Shown here one piece after another: positions 39,904-52,506 of a DNA stretch of 64,000 nt. The translations under genes were made by a program, and so were the position numbers. Positions within the stretch are counted from its first letter, which is position 1. Every line of letters starts with the position of its first letter. This DNA is from Octopus sinensis. Its lineage: Eukaryota. Below the pieces are notes generated by a model that was not told where the DNA came from, did not search any database, and saw only the letters and a list, made by a program, of their open reading frames with translations. The DNA lies in the NCBI RefSeq assembly GCF_006345805.1, contig NC_043020.1, positions 23,684,001 to 23,748,000 on the forward strand. Reading direction: 5' to 3'.

Positions 39904-40668
39904 ATATATACACATATAAAGCTTCCATTTTAGTTGTTTCGATAATCCAGACTGGCGCTACTACATTTCCACTGTGGCCAAGTTTTAAGCAGTCGGTGAT
40001 AATTGATATGGTTCTTGGGACTTTATAAATCACTGGATTAGGAAAAGCATTAAATTACTGTTATCTCTGAAAATAAAATTTAGATCGATATTGACTGGGT
40101 TTAAGGCTTGGGTATCAGTAAATATGCAGGAATAAGACGAAAACTACCATGTATGCATATAAGTATGTATGTATGTATATATGCATGTAAGTATGTATGA
40201 ATGTCTCCCCTGCATTGAATCACTTAAATTATCCCTCTGAAGAAGGACCTGGTTTCTAACAATGCAGATAACGAAAACAATGTCTCATTTGGAACCTGAG
40301 AAAAGTCTTACACAGTTTTATTATTATTATTTTTTACTGTTCTGCTTACAGATTGTATTTGTAATGTGCAAATCGGTTGATTACTTTTACTGAAAATCCA
40401 AGCTTATCGGACGCACATACTCAATGTATGTTTGTTCGTCGGTTCGCTGCAAATAGGGCACTGGGGACGACGCCTAATAACACTCTTTGTTAAAACTACT
40501 CGCCTCCAGTCTTATCCAGGAGTGATGAATACCGATATTTCGCCATTTCTTGTCACTAATCAACATTACGCACTCGAATCGAACCGAGCACAAACTGTAT
40601 CGCCAGTCTATGTCCATAATGTATATAATACTAGCGCTGTCGTTAATTTATCATTGAATGTATATACT

Positions 40669-40761
<93 letters not shown>

Positions 40762-40799
40762 CAAGAAAGAGAGAGCACTTTGCTTTCATATGCTTATTT

Positions 40800-41050
40800 T
40801 CTCCCTGCCTGAGGTGGTCTTTTCTGTAGGCTTTTCTTTCCAAGGATGAACCTAATTTTGTTTCTTACTTTTTAAAAATTTCTTTCTGTGATACACGATC
40901 CCTTTTGATCGCTTTTTTCTCCCGATCCCTTTTGATCGGAATGTTACATTTATTCCCTTTTTTTTACTTTTTCTTTTCCATTTTCGAAAAGAAAAGCTCT
41001 ACATTTGTATTTGTCCCTTTATGTTCAGCCCTGTGTGGCCAATAAAGAAG
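40800..41050 (+). mobile_element. 3' end of an unclassified LINE-like repeat (also at 54670-54810 and 61610-61920)
   Basis: aaaagaaaagctctac..ttgt..cagccctgtgtggccaataaagaa followed by (TATC)n; three copies. Confidence 0.6.
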
Positions 41051-41064
41051 GCTATCTGTATATA

Positions 41065-41860
41065 CGATGACTGATCAATAAGTATCCGGACTGGAGCTAT
41101 AACAACAAAACTGCAACACGTACCAAATTGGCATTGAATCTCTTTCAAAGTACTCTCCTTCGGAAGCCACACACTTAATCCAGTGCTGTTTCCATTGATG
41201 GAAGCATTCCTGGAATTCGTTATCTGAGATAATCAACAGCTGCCTCGTCGCATTCAGTTTACACGACGACCTGAAGACTTTTCAAGCGGAATCTGATTTT
41301 TGGAAAGAGGATAATGTCGTAAGGGGCGAGATTTGGGGAATACGGTGACTGTCGGACCTGGGGAATGCTGCGCCACGCCAAAAAATGCTGCCAATCTGCG
41401 CTGAATGGGCATGTGCATTGTCAGCTGAAATCAGTTTTGGCACAAATATGGCAGACACTCCTCTCATACCCGAAACATCAGTGATAATGGACTGAACTAA
41501 ACCCTAACTAATCTGTACATTCTCCGATAACTCACGGGTGGTAATTAAACGATTTCCCCTCAGAGTTTTACTCACATCTGCGATGCTTTTCTCAGTTCTT
41601 GTTACGGGTCTCCCAGAGCGTTCGTCGCTATCAACATTTTTTCGGTTCACACACTTCTCTCCGTACACTTTTGGCAGAATTTGATGCAGATTCTCTGCTC
41701 CACTTACTCTATCATGGCCAATGCGACGATCACACGCTACACACGTTCCTTCCGAGCACTGCCATTTACAGCACAAGTAAGCTAGAACGTTAAAACGCCA
41801 ATCCGTACCAAGCGGCTTAACTCTGCGTGCTTTAGCTTCGTTACTATGTCGACAATCCGG
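41065..41860 (-). mobile_element. Internally deleted mariner element
   Basis: TA + TIR cgatgactgatcaataagtatccggact; minus-strand frames AENLHQILPKVYGEKCV..DERSGRP..NRLITTRELSE and NAHAHSA..PQISPL (degenerate HDNAPAH/YSPDL region). Confidence 0.85.
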
Positions 41861-41906
41861 CTCAAAACACATACACACGCACCGATACACAGGCGCATAT
41901 ATATAT

Positions 41907-41955
<49 letters not shown>

Positions 41956-41960
41956 TATAT

Positions 41961-43066
41961 GAGAAAGTTGGTTTGTGAAAGCACGTGGTTGAATAAATAG
42001 AAAATACTAAAAAGTGAAAAAGCTACAGAAGGCTGTTTTAAAAGGTTAAAAATATTTGCGTCAATATGTCTGAAGAATATTATAAATTTTTTTCTTACAA
42101 TGACATAATTTAGAAGAAATGACCGGTTTCGCGTTCAGCTTTTCAAATTTCTAACATCGTTATGTTTATGTTGAGAGAGTTCTAGATAAGGGGAGGTAAT
42201 AAGTGATTTCTTCCGGTGTAAGGGAGATAATCGCTTAAAATTTTTTGCCTTTCCTTTGGAGTGAATTTCTCTGTATAAGTTGTGGAATGGTTAAGTCTGG
42301 GCTTGTACTTTTCAATGAAGAATGTTCCTTGTTAGTCTATTTGTGTGGTGTTCCGATAGCACATTGGTAAAAATGGAAAGATTAAAAATTTTGGTAGTAG
42401 TTGCTTTGTGCATTTCTCAATGTGCTCACTAAAAGGTATCATTCTGTATTTTGGGAATGCAATCTGTTGTCGATGCAGTGTGCATCTACGTCTGAGTGTA
42501 TAGTCCCGTGGATCCCACGTAGTTTGGGGAGCAGACGAGCATTTTATGATATAAATTATGTTTTCAGAGCACAAGTAAAATTAAATTTCTGTCCCTTTTA
42601 GTGAGCACATTGAGAAATGCGCAAAGCAACTACTACCACAATTTTTTAATCTTTCCATTTACCAATGTGCTATCGGAACACCAACACAAATTAGACTAAA
42701 CAAGAAACATTCTTCATTGAAAAGTACAAGCCCAGACTTAACCATTCCAACATACTTATACAGAGAAATTCACTCCAAAGGAAAGGCAAAAATTTTAAGC
42801 GATTATCTCCCTTACACCGGAAGAAATCACTTATTACCCTCCCCTTATCTAGAATTCTTCTCAACATAAACATAACGATACTCTTCTCAACATAAAACAT
42901 GGACGATGTTAGAAATTTGAAAAGCTGAACGCGAACCGGTTCATTTCTTCTAAATTATGTCATTGTAAGAAAAAAATTTATAAATTCTTCAGACATATTG
43001 ACTCAAATATATATTTTTTAACCTTTTAAAACAAGCCTTCTGTAGTTTTCACTTTTTACTATTTCT
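41961..43066 (-). mobile_element. Short 5'-truncated PLE (GIY-YIG plus 3' end) with an inverted terminal copy (arms 42000-42436 and 42594-43066)
   Basis: CSENIIYIIKCSS..TLRRRCTLHRQQIAFPKYRMIPFSEHIEKC..FLIFPF and FFIEKYKPRLN; arms are reverse complements; (AT)n flanks. Confidence 0.9.
42115..42152 (-). ncRNA. Minimal type I hammerhead with a compensatory U3-A8 core
   Basis: agaaat-TTGAAAA-GCtgaacGC-GAAAC-cg-GTC|atttct; the mirror copy at 42911-42948 has a damaged GAAA. Confidence 0.6.
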
Positions 43067-43735
43067 CTCTTCTCTCCTCTCTCTTTCTCTCTCTTCTCTC
43101 TCTCTCTCTCTTCTCTCTCTATCTTATCTATATATATATATATATATATATATGATTAAGTATAAGTAAGTACAATTATTTATTCTTTATTCCATCCTAA
43201 TTCCGAAACGCGCGTCCATAGGTGACCAGATATTGATTGATTTTCGTTACTTTTCCTCTCTGCCTGTGTGATTGTTTTCAAGTATTTTGGTTTCTCTGGG
43301 AGTCCCTTTTTAAAGTAGAAGAAATAGCTAACGTTTTTTGGCTGCCATTTCTAAACTTTGGTATGTGGTAAAGCAAATCTTTGATGAACCCTATTTATTA
43401 AGTATATATATATATATATATGCTAATAGTAGAACGTTGACCCTGATCATCCGAGGATGCGCATATATGCAGCCATTGATGAACCATATTAAGGCAATAT
43501 TACGTAAAATTTATATCCCTTTCAGCTAATAATGATGCCATGGTTCAATTGAAGTGATTTATAATGAAGCCCTTTCAGTCGATCATCCCCATTAAAATTT
43601 GCATTAATATACATATGTGCGCGCGCGTGTGTGTATAAATATGTGTGTGCGTACGTGTGTGCGATTGTGTGTAGGTACGTATGCATGTAAGTAGGCATTC
43701 ACAAAGACATCTATAAAATCATATATAGCATTCAT

Positions 43736-43826
<91 letters not shown>

Positions 43827-43992
43827 GTCTGTCTGTCCGTCCCTATTTTTCTTTCTCCTCTCTGCCTACCCAATAAAAAACGCCTATAGACACACCGTCA
43901 CCTTCCCCTTTGTTTCCTTCTGGCTTTCTTCCTCTTTTAAGTCACACACAAGCAGAGAAACACATACACACACGGAAGCACACACGCACACT

Positions 43993-44027
<35 letters not shown>

Positions 44028-44319
44028 CATATATTGCCTTTGTATGTGCATCTCTCTCTCTCTCCCATACATATGCACACAGTGTATATCCGTCATCGCT
44101 CAGTTTAAAATACATTATTCAGAATTTGTTTCCCGTTTTCTATCTTGTCCAACATTCCTGCATATATACACATATATAAATCAGCACACACTTGCATACA
44201 TTCTTTACTCTATACATCCACACCAGTCTATATTCTTAAGTGCGCATATATCTCCTCACATATACATAGAAATATAAATCCACACAGACAGAACGCCACA
44301 CATATGTATGCCTGTATAT

Positions 44320-44363
<44 letters not shown>

Positions 44364-44479
44364 TATATATGCATATATATATACGTGCAGAGACGTACAT
44401 ACTACGTTCATATCCATTGCTATTGCTTATATGATAACATACATGCAGAATATAATTATTTGACACGTATATAAACACA

Positions 44480-45072
44480 TACAATCACGTACATACACGG
44501 ATACTTATATGCAAACATATATTCAAGCATATAAAATACATACACATAAATGCACACACATAGAGGCATATACATACATACATATACACACACATACATA
44601 CATGCATACATACATACATACATACACTCATATACATACATACATACATACAAACATAAATATCGTACATACATACATACATACACACTTACATACATAC
44701 ATACACACATACATACATACACACACATACATACATACATACATACATACATACATACATACATACAAACATATAAATATCGTACATACATACACACACA
44801 CATACATACATACACACACATACATACACAAACACATACATACATACATACACACACACATACATACATACACACATACATGCACACATACATACATACA
44901 TACACACACATACATACATACATGCATACATACATACATACATACTTACATACATAGATACATACATATATACATACATACATACATGCATACATACATA
45001 CATGCATACATACACACACACATACATACATACATACATACATACAAAGATATAAATATCGTACATACATAC
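44480..45072. repeat. Long compound (TACA)n/(CA)n microsatellite
   Basis: Direct reading of the sequence. Confidence 0.95.
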
Positions 45073-45143
45073 GTTCCTTCTGCGGCGTTCTTTTCAGTGT
45101 ACACCACCTCTTTACGATTTTACCAGTACCATCATCCACGGTG
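45073..45143 (-). CDS. Candidate internal exon of an unidentified host gene
   Basis: Long poly-T tract then TAAG acceptor, GTATGT donor, single open frame xTVDDGTGKIVKRWCTLKRTPQKEx (71 nt). Confidence 0.45.
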
Positions 45144-45607
45144 CTTAATAGGAAAAAAAAAAAAAAAAAAAAGAAATAGAATTCTTGCCTTGCAGAGCAC
45201 AATTTATTGCAAAATCTCAACAGTTTTATATTAATTTGACATTAACTAACACCAGGGAAAACAAATCTTAAGACCAATATTTTAGAAAGAAACCTAGCAA
45301 AAACGATAAAGAATTTATCAACTTAAAAGCAATTCAAGCTGGTTAGTAATTGCCAACCTACAGGCTCGGTCACATACGCAGACACACACACATCTTCTTG
45401 GCTTGATATATACATATATATATATGTATACACAAACACACAACACAACACACACACACATATATATATATATATTATATACTATATATATATATATATA
45501 TTATATATATATATATTATATATATATATATATAGTTACATTATATATACAATATGTATATGCACATAGCACATATTCTCTCTCATGTATCTCGAACCTA
45601 AACATGC

Positions 45608-45648
<41 letters not shown>

Positions 45649-45932
45649 TATGTATATATGTATATACGTCTATATATATATATTATATATAAGATATCAT
45701 ATATATATATATATATGTAATATGTATATATGTATATATATATATATATATCAATATATATATATATAATATGCATATATAATATATATACTATGTATAC
45801 ACATAAAATAAATATATAAACGTTTATATACACAGATGTATATGTATGCATATATAAATATACATATATACACATACATAGATACATATATTCATATGTA
45901 TGTGTCTGCACACACACATACACACACACACG

Positions 45933-45965
<33 letters not shown>

Positions 45966-48202
45966 TATATATTATATATTTATATACATATGCATACATA
46001 TGCGTACACACATATGTTAACACATACAACCAGTATGAAGTTGCACCGCACACTCCTACGTAAATATACACACTACCATGTATATTTATATACACATATA
46101 TTCCCGTTTGCAATTAATGCCAAACATTTTGACCACACACACACACACACACATACACACCCACACACACCGAGCCACACACTAACGCACATACACACAA
46201 ACACACACACTCACAGATACACATACATCTGCAACCATCCCCACACATGCCTGCATACGATTTTACCTCCACATTCTATGCCATCTGACCTACCTTAATA
46301 CACACATGCGCATCATATACATTCTAACATTCACCTATATACTTACTCAGTTTACGCACATACATCTTGTATACACTCATGCGAACATCTAATGGATTCC
46401 TCATAATCATATAACTACATACATTCTCGTATACAAGTATCTTTATACACACTCCTATACATGCTTATACATTCTCACATGCATACGTCTATACTCTTTT
46501 TCACTCGCACTAATCTGTGTATTTTGACTGACACTTTTAACTGGCATATAGCTTCTTATCACATAAATTCAGTTATGGTGTCTTCACCTGCAGTCTACTT
46601 GTTTGTGTATGTTAAATGGAGCGATTTTACGATCTTAAGTCTCTCACATACATACATGCATACACACACATATATATAAAGACGTACATACGTATGTATA
46701 GATATAGAAGATATGTAGATATATATATACATATATGTATATACATACTTTCATACATATCTACAAACAAACGCACACTTGTTTTAGTTTTTATTCCACT
46801 ATATACAGCTTCCCATAAAATGTGTGTAACTCCAATACGTCCAAATTAAATTCTTTTCCCCAAGTTCCAGTATTCTAAATGAAATACTGTATTCACTGTC
46901 CTTTAGACCGAAAACGCTAAGTTAAATAACCTGTTTCTGTTGCTAATGTTGATATAAATTCACTTTGCAATTACATGTTGGTTTAACAGTAAATTCATTT
47001 ATATTAAGATTTAATCTGCATGCTTACACCCTTCGAAACTACAGTAGAAAAGTTGATACCACTTTGAAATAATATGGAAACTGAAGTTATAAATGGAAGC
47101 TAATTTGACGCCAGATCTTCTACTGATATTAGATAAATTTGTTACTTTGATCTTCAGAGTATTATGGAATTCTTTTCGCTAACAATTCTTTATTATCTAA
47201 TCGCCATTTCGACAGAGTTTCATTTCGCCAGTAGGAAACTTCAGAAAATTTTATTACCTGCAGGTTCAGCCGCACTGTCTTTTCTCTAACAGTTCTATTG
47301 TATGAAGAGCAACTGCAACAACAAAAGGAACATCAAACCTCAGTTTCCTGAATAACAGGGAAAATATTGTGGTTAGTAAAGGAAATATGATTAAGCCCTC
47401 AATACCTTGTCCCCAAACAATACAAAATTGCAATATCACAGCATGCTCATGCGACGAGAATGAAAGCACAGAGTGAAATACGTGCAGAAAAATAGGGAAG
47501 AAATTCACAAGAAAAGACTTAATATAAAACAACGAAAACATATGAAGAACATTTTTTTTTACTTAACGATAACCGAATTCCCTTAAGAAGAAAATAACGA
47601 AGACAATGTAGAGGATGAAGATGAACTAAGATGTACCGTCCTTCGAAAACAAAATAACAAAATTAATAAAGAAAATTAATAAAGAAAATTGCACATCTGT
47701 GATGCTACGAACTTTGTGAACAAATTAAAATGACACATATAGATTAAGGTTGTATAAAGTATATGCAAAAGATAGATCACAAGTAAAATTTAAATTTAGA
47801 CATTATCTCGAATATAAAAAAGAATACATTTGATGTTGATAATTTTCAGTATAAGAAACCTACAAAAGTGGTCATTGGCAAAGTTGGTTGCAGTCAAATT
47901 TTTTATGAAAATGGCGAAGTAAGCAAGTAAGCAGGGGCGTGGAGAACTTAATCCTACATGGCCAGAAAATCTTTTATGATTTCTTTCTTTAAATTGTATC
48001 ATGTTTCAATAATTGTGCACCGTATTTACTTTCGTGCAAATACGTGTATACATACATACATACATACATACATACATACATACATACATACATACATACA
48101 TACATACGTGGATACAATATACATATGTATATACACACACACATATATATATTTTATATACACATAGATGTATATAAGTATGCATATATATACATAAACA
48201 TA

Positions 48203-48480
48203 GGTAGATGGAAACTGAAAGAAAACCGTCGTATATATATATATATATATATACATATGTGTGAGTGCGCGTGTGAGTGTGTGTATATGTTTGACCCCAC
48301 CATCGCTTAAGAACAGATGTTGGTGTGTTTACATCCCCGTAACTTATCGGTTCGGCAAAAGAGACCGACAGTATAACTACTATGCTTACAAAGAATAAGT
48401 CCTGGGTCGATTTGTTCGATTAAAGGCGGTGCTCCAGTATAGCCGCCGTCAAATCACTGAAACAAGTAAAAAATAAAAGT
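48203..48480 (+). mobile_element. 5'-truncated composite A+B SINE
   Basis: End of module A, microsatellite, B body and gtcaaat.actgaaacaagtaaaa tail. Confidence 0.8.
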
Positions 48481-48765
48481 ATAAATATATATACATATAT
48501 ATATCGCGGTCGATAAATTAAGTATCAATGAAACTACGTAATCGATTCTTGCCTTACCCCAAATGTCAGGCCTTGTTCCCATAGTAAAAAGGATTATTAT
48601 TAGTGATAGTAGCAATATTGATTTCAAATTTTAGCACAAGGCCATAATTTCGAGAGAGAACTAATCGATTACGTCGACCTTGTTGCTTTGTTGGTACTTA
48701 TTTTAACGACCCCAAATGCATGAAAGACAAAGTCAACATCAACTGAATTTCAACTCAGATGGACG

Positions 48766-49187
48766 GGATCTTTTCGGTTTGAACGGCAGTTTTTTCTAGC
48801 GGTGTCATATCAAATTGTCACCCATAATTATGACACTAGTATCGATCTATTGCATTTCAATCTGCTTTAGGGTTAGGGTTAGGGTTAGGGGTGGGGGGAA
48901 GGGTATATTTTTTCTTCATAAATGTAAATAAACCCAATCTGTTTCTTAAACGAGGGACATATTCATACAGCACAGAATGTTTTTCACCTCAATAGACGTC
49001 ATTGACTGTTTGAAATTGCAGAAATTGAAGAAAAAACAACAAATATCTTACAAACTATAGAATTTCCTCAATGAAGCCAAGAGAAAAAGATGTTTTATAA
49101 ACACATTCTACCAGTATACGAAGTTTAAAATTTTTTAGTTACGTGGAAATTATTTAAAAAAAACTGCCGTTCAAAGCGAAAAGATCC
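48766..49187. mobile_element. MITE with GG-starting TIRs, 8-bp TSD and internal TTAGGG repeats (Merlin-like)
   Basis: TIRs ggatcttttcggtttgaacggcagtttttt / aaaaaaactgccgttcaaagcgaaaagatcc; TSD gatggacg at 48758-48765 and 49188-49195. Confidence 0.9.
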
Positions 49188-49253
49188 GATGGACGAAATT
49201 GTTATAAGTATTTTGCCTGACGCTGTAACGATCTTACCAGTTCGCTGCCTTTC

Positions 49254-49299
<46 letters not shown>

Positions 49300-49849
49300 A
49301 CATTAACGCCAATGACTGATATTGTGTTAGGTCAAATGAAAGAAATGAAAAAAAGAATCAACTATTTTATATGTGTTTTTTTGTTTTTAACGCGCTGAAC
49401 GTATTCCATTGTTTCATTCTTCTCCTCCACACATTCAGTGGATAATAATAGAATGTAAAAAAAGAATAACGAAAAAAAAATTACTCGCATCTGATAATTT
49501 CATTGTTTAGTAACTGATGTTACTAAGCTCAAGTTCGGGTCTCAACTTGCGCAATCTCCTGACAATTGTAATATCGACGCAAATACTATATTTACTCGAA
49601 ACTCAGCCAGATACTTTACACGATTACCATAGTATATCGTTGCTAGACTCTTACATCACCGAGATAATAAGGATTATAAAATTGCGCTAGAGAACGTTGC
49701 CAAAATAATTGCATTTACCAAAAATATACAACCTTGTGGGCGGTTCATCCGTGGTGCATTATATATTTATACATGCTTATGAAAGTATCTGTGTGTCTAC
49801 ACACACACTCACACACATCAGTAGCATATGGTGATCATTGAGTGTGCTT

Positions 49850-50015
49850 GCATACTGACTATACTATGAGTCATAGTCATACTGACTATACTATAGTCAA
49901 ACTGACTATACTATGAGACATACTGATTATACTACGAGTCATAGTATAGTCATACTGACTATACTATAGTTAGTATGACTATACTATACTATGAGGCATA
50001 CTGACTATACTACTA
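49850..50015 (+). repeat. Minisatellite built on catactgactatactat
   Basis: About 7 imperfect copies. Confidence 0.85.
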
Positions 50016-50566
50016 CTATTACTCAAATTAGGCATAGGAACTGTATTTCTATTCCAAATGCGGGATCATTACTGTAAACCTAATTGAATTGGGATACAGA
50101 TATGTGGCCCTAAAGTAAACTGAATTAATGATACCCTATAAATTGTAAGCATTCTAAAATAAGCCATAATTTTCTTATTGCGCGCACAGAAAAATAAGAA
50201 ATCATATAATTTTATTTATTTAAATTACTTATATGTAAGTTGTGCTCTACCGTGAGACGTAAAAGTTTTGATAACCTCATCGTACTTTGCTTAAACCAAT
50301 TTGCTTAAACTGCATTAGTACACTTTTCTTTCAATTGAAAGCAAACCTGTAACCAATGATAGCAAGTATTTATTCGTTTCAGAGCAGAAAAAGGGGGTTC
50401 TACTGAAGTGCTAGTTGTAGTTAGAATTAACTGAATCAATACGAGCATGCGACCGTCGCACAACCTTCGCCATTAATGATTTGCCAATCATCCATTATCC
50501 TAAGAGATGCCAGGTACCATATTATGATACACACGAAATGTACGCCCCCGATATTATATATATATA

Positions 50567-50615
<49 letters not shown>

Positions 50616-50783
50616 ACACAGGAAATAGTGGGGTTGTGTTAACCGCAGGTGGAGAAATGATAGGAGAGGAAAAATTATAAAAAGGCAGAATGCTAAATTG
50701 AAAGTAAATTTTAATAAAAATGGGTGTATGAAACATTAAAAAAGAAAAAATAATAAATCAAACCGATATATATATATATATAT

Positions 50784-51150
50784 TTGAGTAATTGAATGAA
50801 TTATCTTATTAAGGATAATTCGAAAGATAACCGATACATGTGTAGCAAATTCCCATCAGAAAGAACACGGTTGAAGCTACGTCCATAAGGCATAGACTAC
50901 GTGTCTTCGTGCGGATATTTGTTTGCTTATCTTAAAATTGTAAGTATATGAAAGAATGGAGTTGAACGACTAGTTAACAAATATCCTTTATTCTCGACAC
51001 ATGTTTCGAAGGCTGCATATTCCTAATTCCGAAGGAATAAGGAGTACATTATGCAGATTTCTCTTCAAGAAAATCAAGGAACTTATGTCGACATCAAAAT
51101 GTACAAAAAACTTTTAGCTGACCGCTCTCAAGGAGCCCATTCTTTCATAT
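50784..51150 (-). mobile_element. Solo pLTR-like insert between (AT)n tracts
   Basis: Non-repetitive island bounded by (AT)n that contains a hammerhead-like motif. Confidence 0.45.
50990..51074 (-). ncRNA. Type I hammerhead-like motif (C3U variant)
   Basis: attttc-TTGAAGA-gaaa[ctgcat/atgcag]cttc-GAAAC-atgt-GTC|gagaat. Confidence 0.55.
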
Positions 51151-51152
51151 AG

Positions 51153-51223
<71 letters not shown>

Positions 51224-51254
51224 TAGATAGATATAGATAAGTAGATAGATAGCC

Positions 51255-51430
51255 ATGATAGATCGTTAGCCATTACACATTCTTTATTTTCTATCCTTGT
51301 TTCTTTCTGTGTTCCTTTCTGTGGAAGAGCGTAGGCTCGAAACGTTAAAGATTTTTTTCACTTCCCGAGCGTTAAACAAACACATCTGCTTGTTGTTTAC
51401 AGCACCAGTCTTAATCTTTTGTTTTTCTTG
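51255..51430 (+). mobile_element. Solo PLE pLTR-like piece with a minimal hammerhead variant (51315-51350)
   Basis: cttt-CTGTGGA-A-GAGcgtaggCTC-GAAACGTT|aaag; homologous to the terminus of the PLE at 22640-24660. Confidence 0.7.
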
Positions 51431-51453
51431 TGAATTCTTCCCCTATATATATT

Positions 51454-51725
51454 GTGAGTGGATTTGGTAGACGGAAACTGAAAGAAGCCCGTCGTATATA
51501 TATATGTATATATATGTGTTTGTCTCCCCAACATCGCTTGACAACCGATGCTGGTGTGTTTATGTCCCCGTTACTTAGCGGTTCGGCAAAAGAGACCGAT
51601 AGGATAAGTACTAGGCTTACAAAGAATAAGTCCTGGGGTCGATTTGCTCGACTAAAAAGGCGGTGCTCCAGCATGGCCGCAGTCAAATGACTGAAACAAG
51701 TAAAAGAGAAAAGAGAGAGAAAGAG
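51454..51725 (+). mobile_element. 5'-truncated composite A+B SINE
   Basis: Same architecture as 48203-48480. Confidence 0.85.
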
Positions 51726-51728
51726 ATA

Positions 51729-52050
51729 CTAGCCTACATACCCGTTAATTCCGGGAAAAGCGGGGCTTATCTATTGCTCCCGTTCTCATAATTGTTTCGC
51801 TAATCAGCAGCAACAATGCAAAGTATGTAGCCCTTAATACATCTTTTGTGCATTTACAGAGCATACGTAACAGTCTTAAATAGGATATTGTTTTTAGTAA
51901 ATCCCAATGAGTTAAGCATACCAAAATTGGGAAGAATGTTACGTAATAACAAGCAAATCAGATGTGAGATATTAACAATTCAAAGTAATTCCCAGGGAAT
52001 ATAATCCTTAGGAGAGCTAGTGTCGAAATAGATTTATAATGAATATAGAA
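51729..52050 (-). mobile_element. Helitron 3' end and body; 5' boundary uncertain
   Basis: Minus strand cccg-gaattaa-cggg hairpin, 8 nt, then CTAG|T. Confidence 0.5.
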
Positions 52051-52375
52051 ACAGCCTGATATTTAGTTTTACAGTAGACATACAAATAAATATGCATATT
52101 GATTTGAAAATAGAATAATATAGATTATCAATAGATTTAAAACAGTTACAAATATTACATTTAATTAATAAATACCTGACGATTTGGTATATCTTATTAC
52201 GTTTGCAGAGCTTCTTGATAAAACACACTTTTGGTCTTTCCTTGTGGGGCATAAATAGACAAATGATAAGGATTGCCAACTCTTGAGCAACCCACATAAA
52301 GTTGACTATGAGAGAAAAACTGGTACCGCAAGGTTCAGACCTGCCACATCCAAGGACTGCCCCTGAGCCTTTTAG

Positions 52376-52443
52376 TGCTCGTTGCGAAGCTCAGTTTCAA
52401 CGGAAATTGCAGACGTTTGTACTGGAAAGGTATATCCGAGGGG
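52376..52443 (+). CDS. Candidate internal exon
   Basis: ccttttag acceptor, GTAAGT donor, open frame CSLRSSVSTEIADVCTGKVYPR(G); phase-compatible with 53257-53337. Confidence 0.4.
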
Positions 52444-52506
52444 GTAAGTAGAATTCTAGGGACGAATACAGGTTCACCGCTTGGCGTTTGCATGAGGAAA
52501 ATACTG

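Noticed and set aside
40237-40312. CTGAAGA-containing hammerhead candidate
   Set aside because: GAAAC is replaced by GAGAAAA and no stem I can form
42911-42948. Right-arm hammerhead of the short PLE as an active ribozyme
   Set aside because: Reads GAACCGGTTC instead of GAAACCGGTC, breaking the conserved core (could be a consensus indel error)
47292-47352. Other isolated candidate exons (47292+, 13310-13370-, 12260-12318-, 37521-37642+, 50425-50513+, 56772+)
   Set aside because: Single splice-like sites or short open frames are expected by chance in AT-rich DNA; no consistent phase chain or recognisable protein
48868-48898. Interstitial telomere or chromosome-fusion scar
   Set aside because: Only 3-4 units, and they lie inside a TSD-bounded MITE present twice
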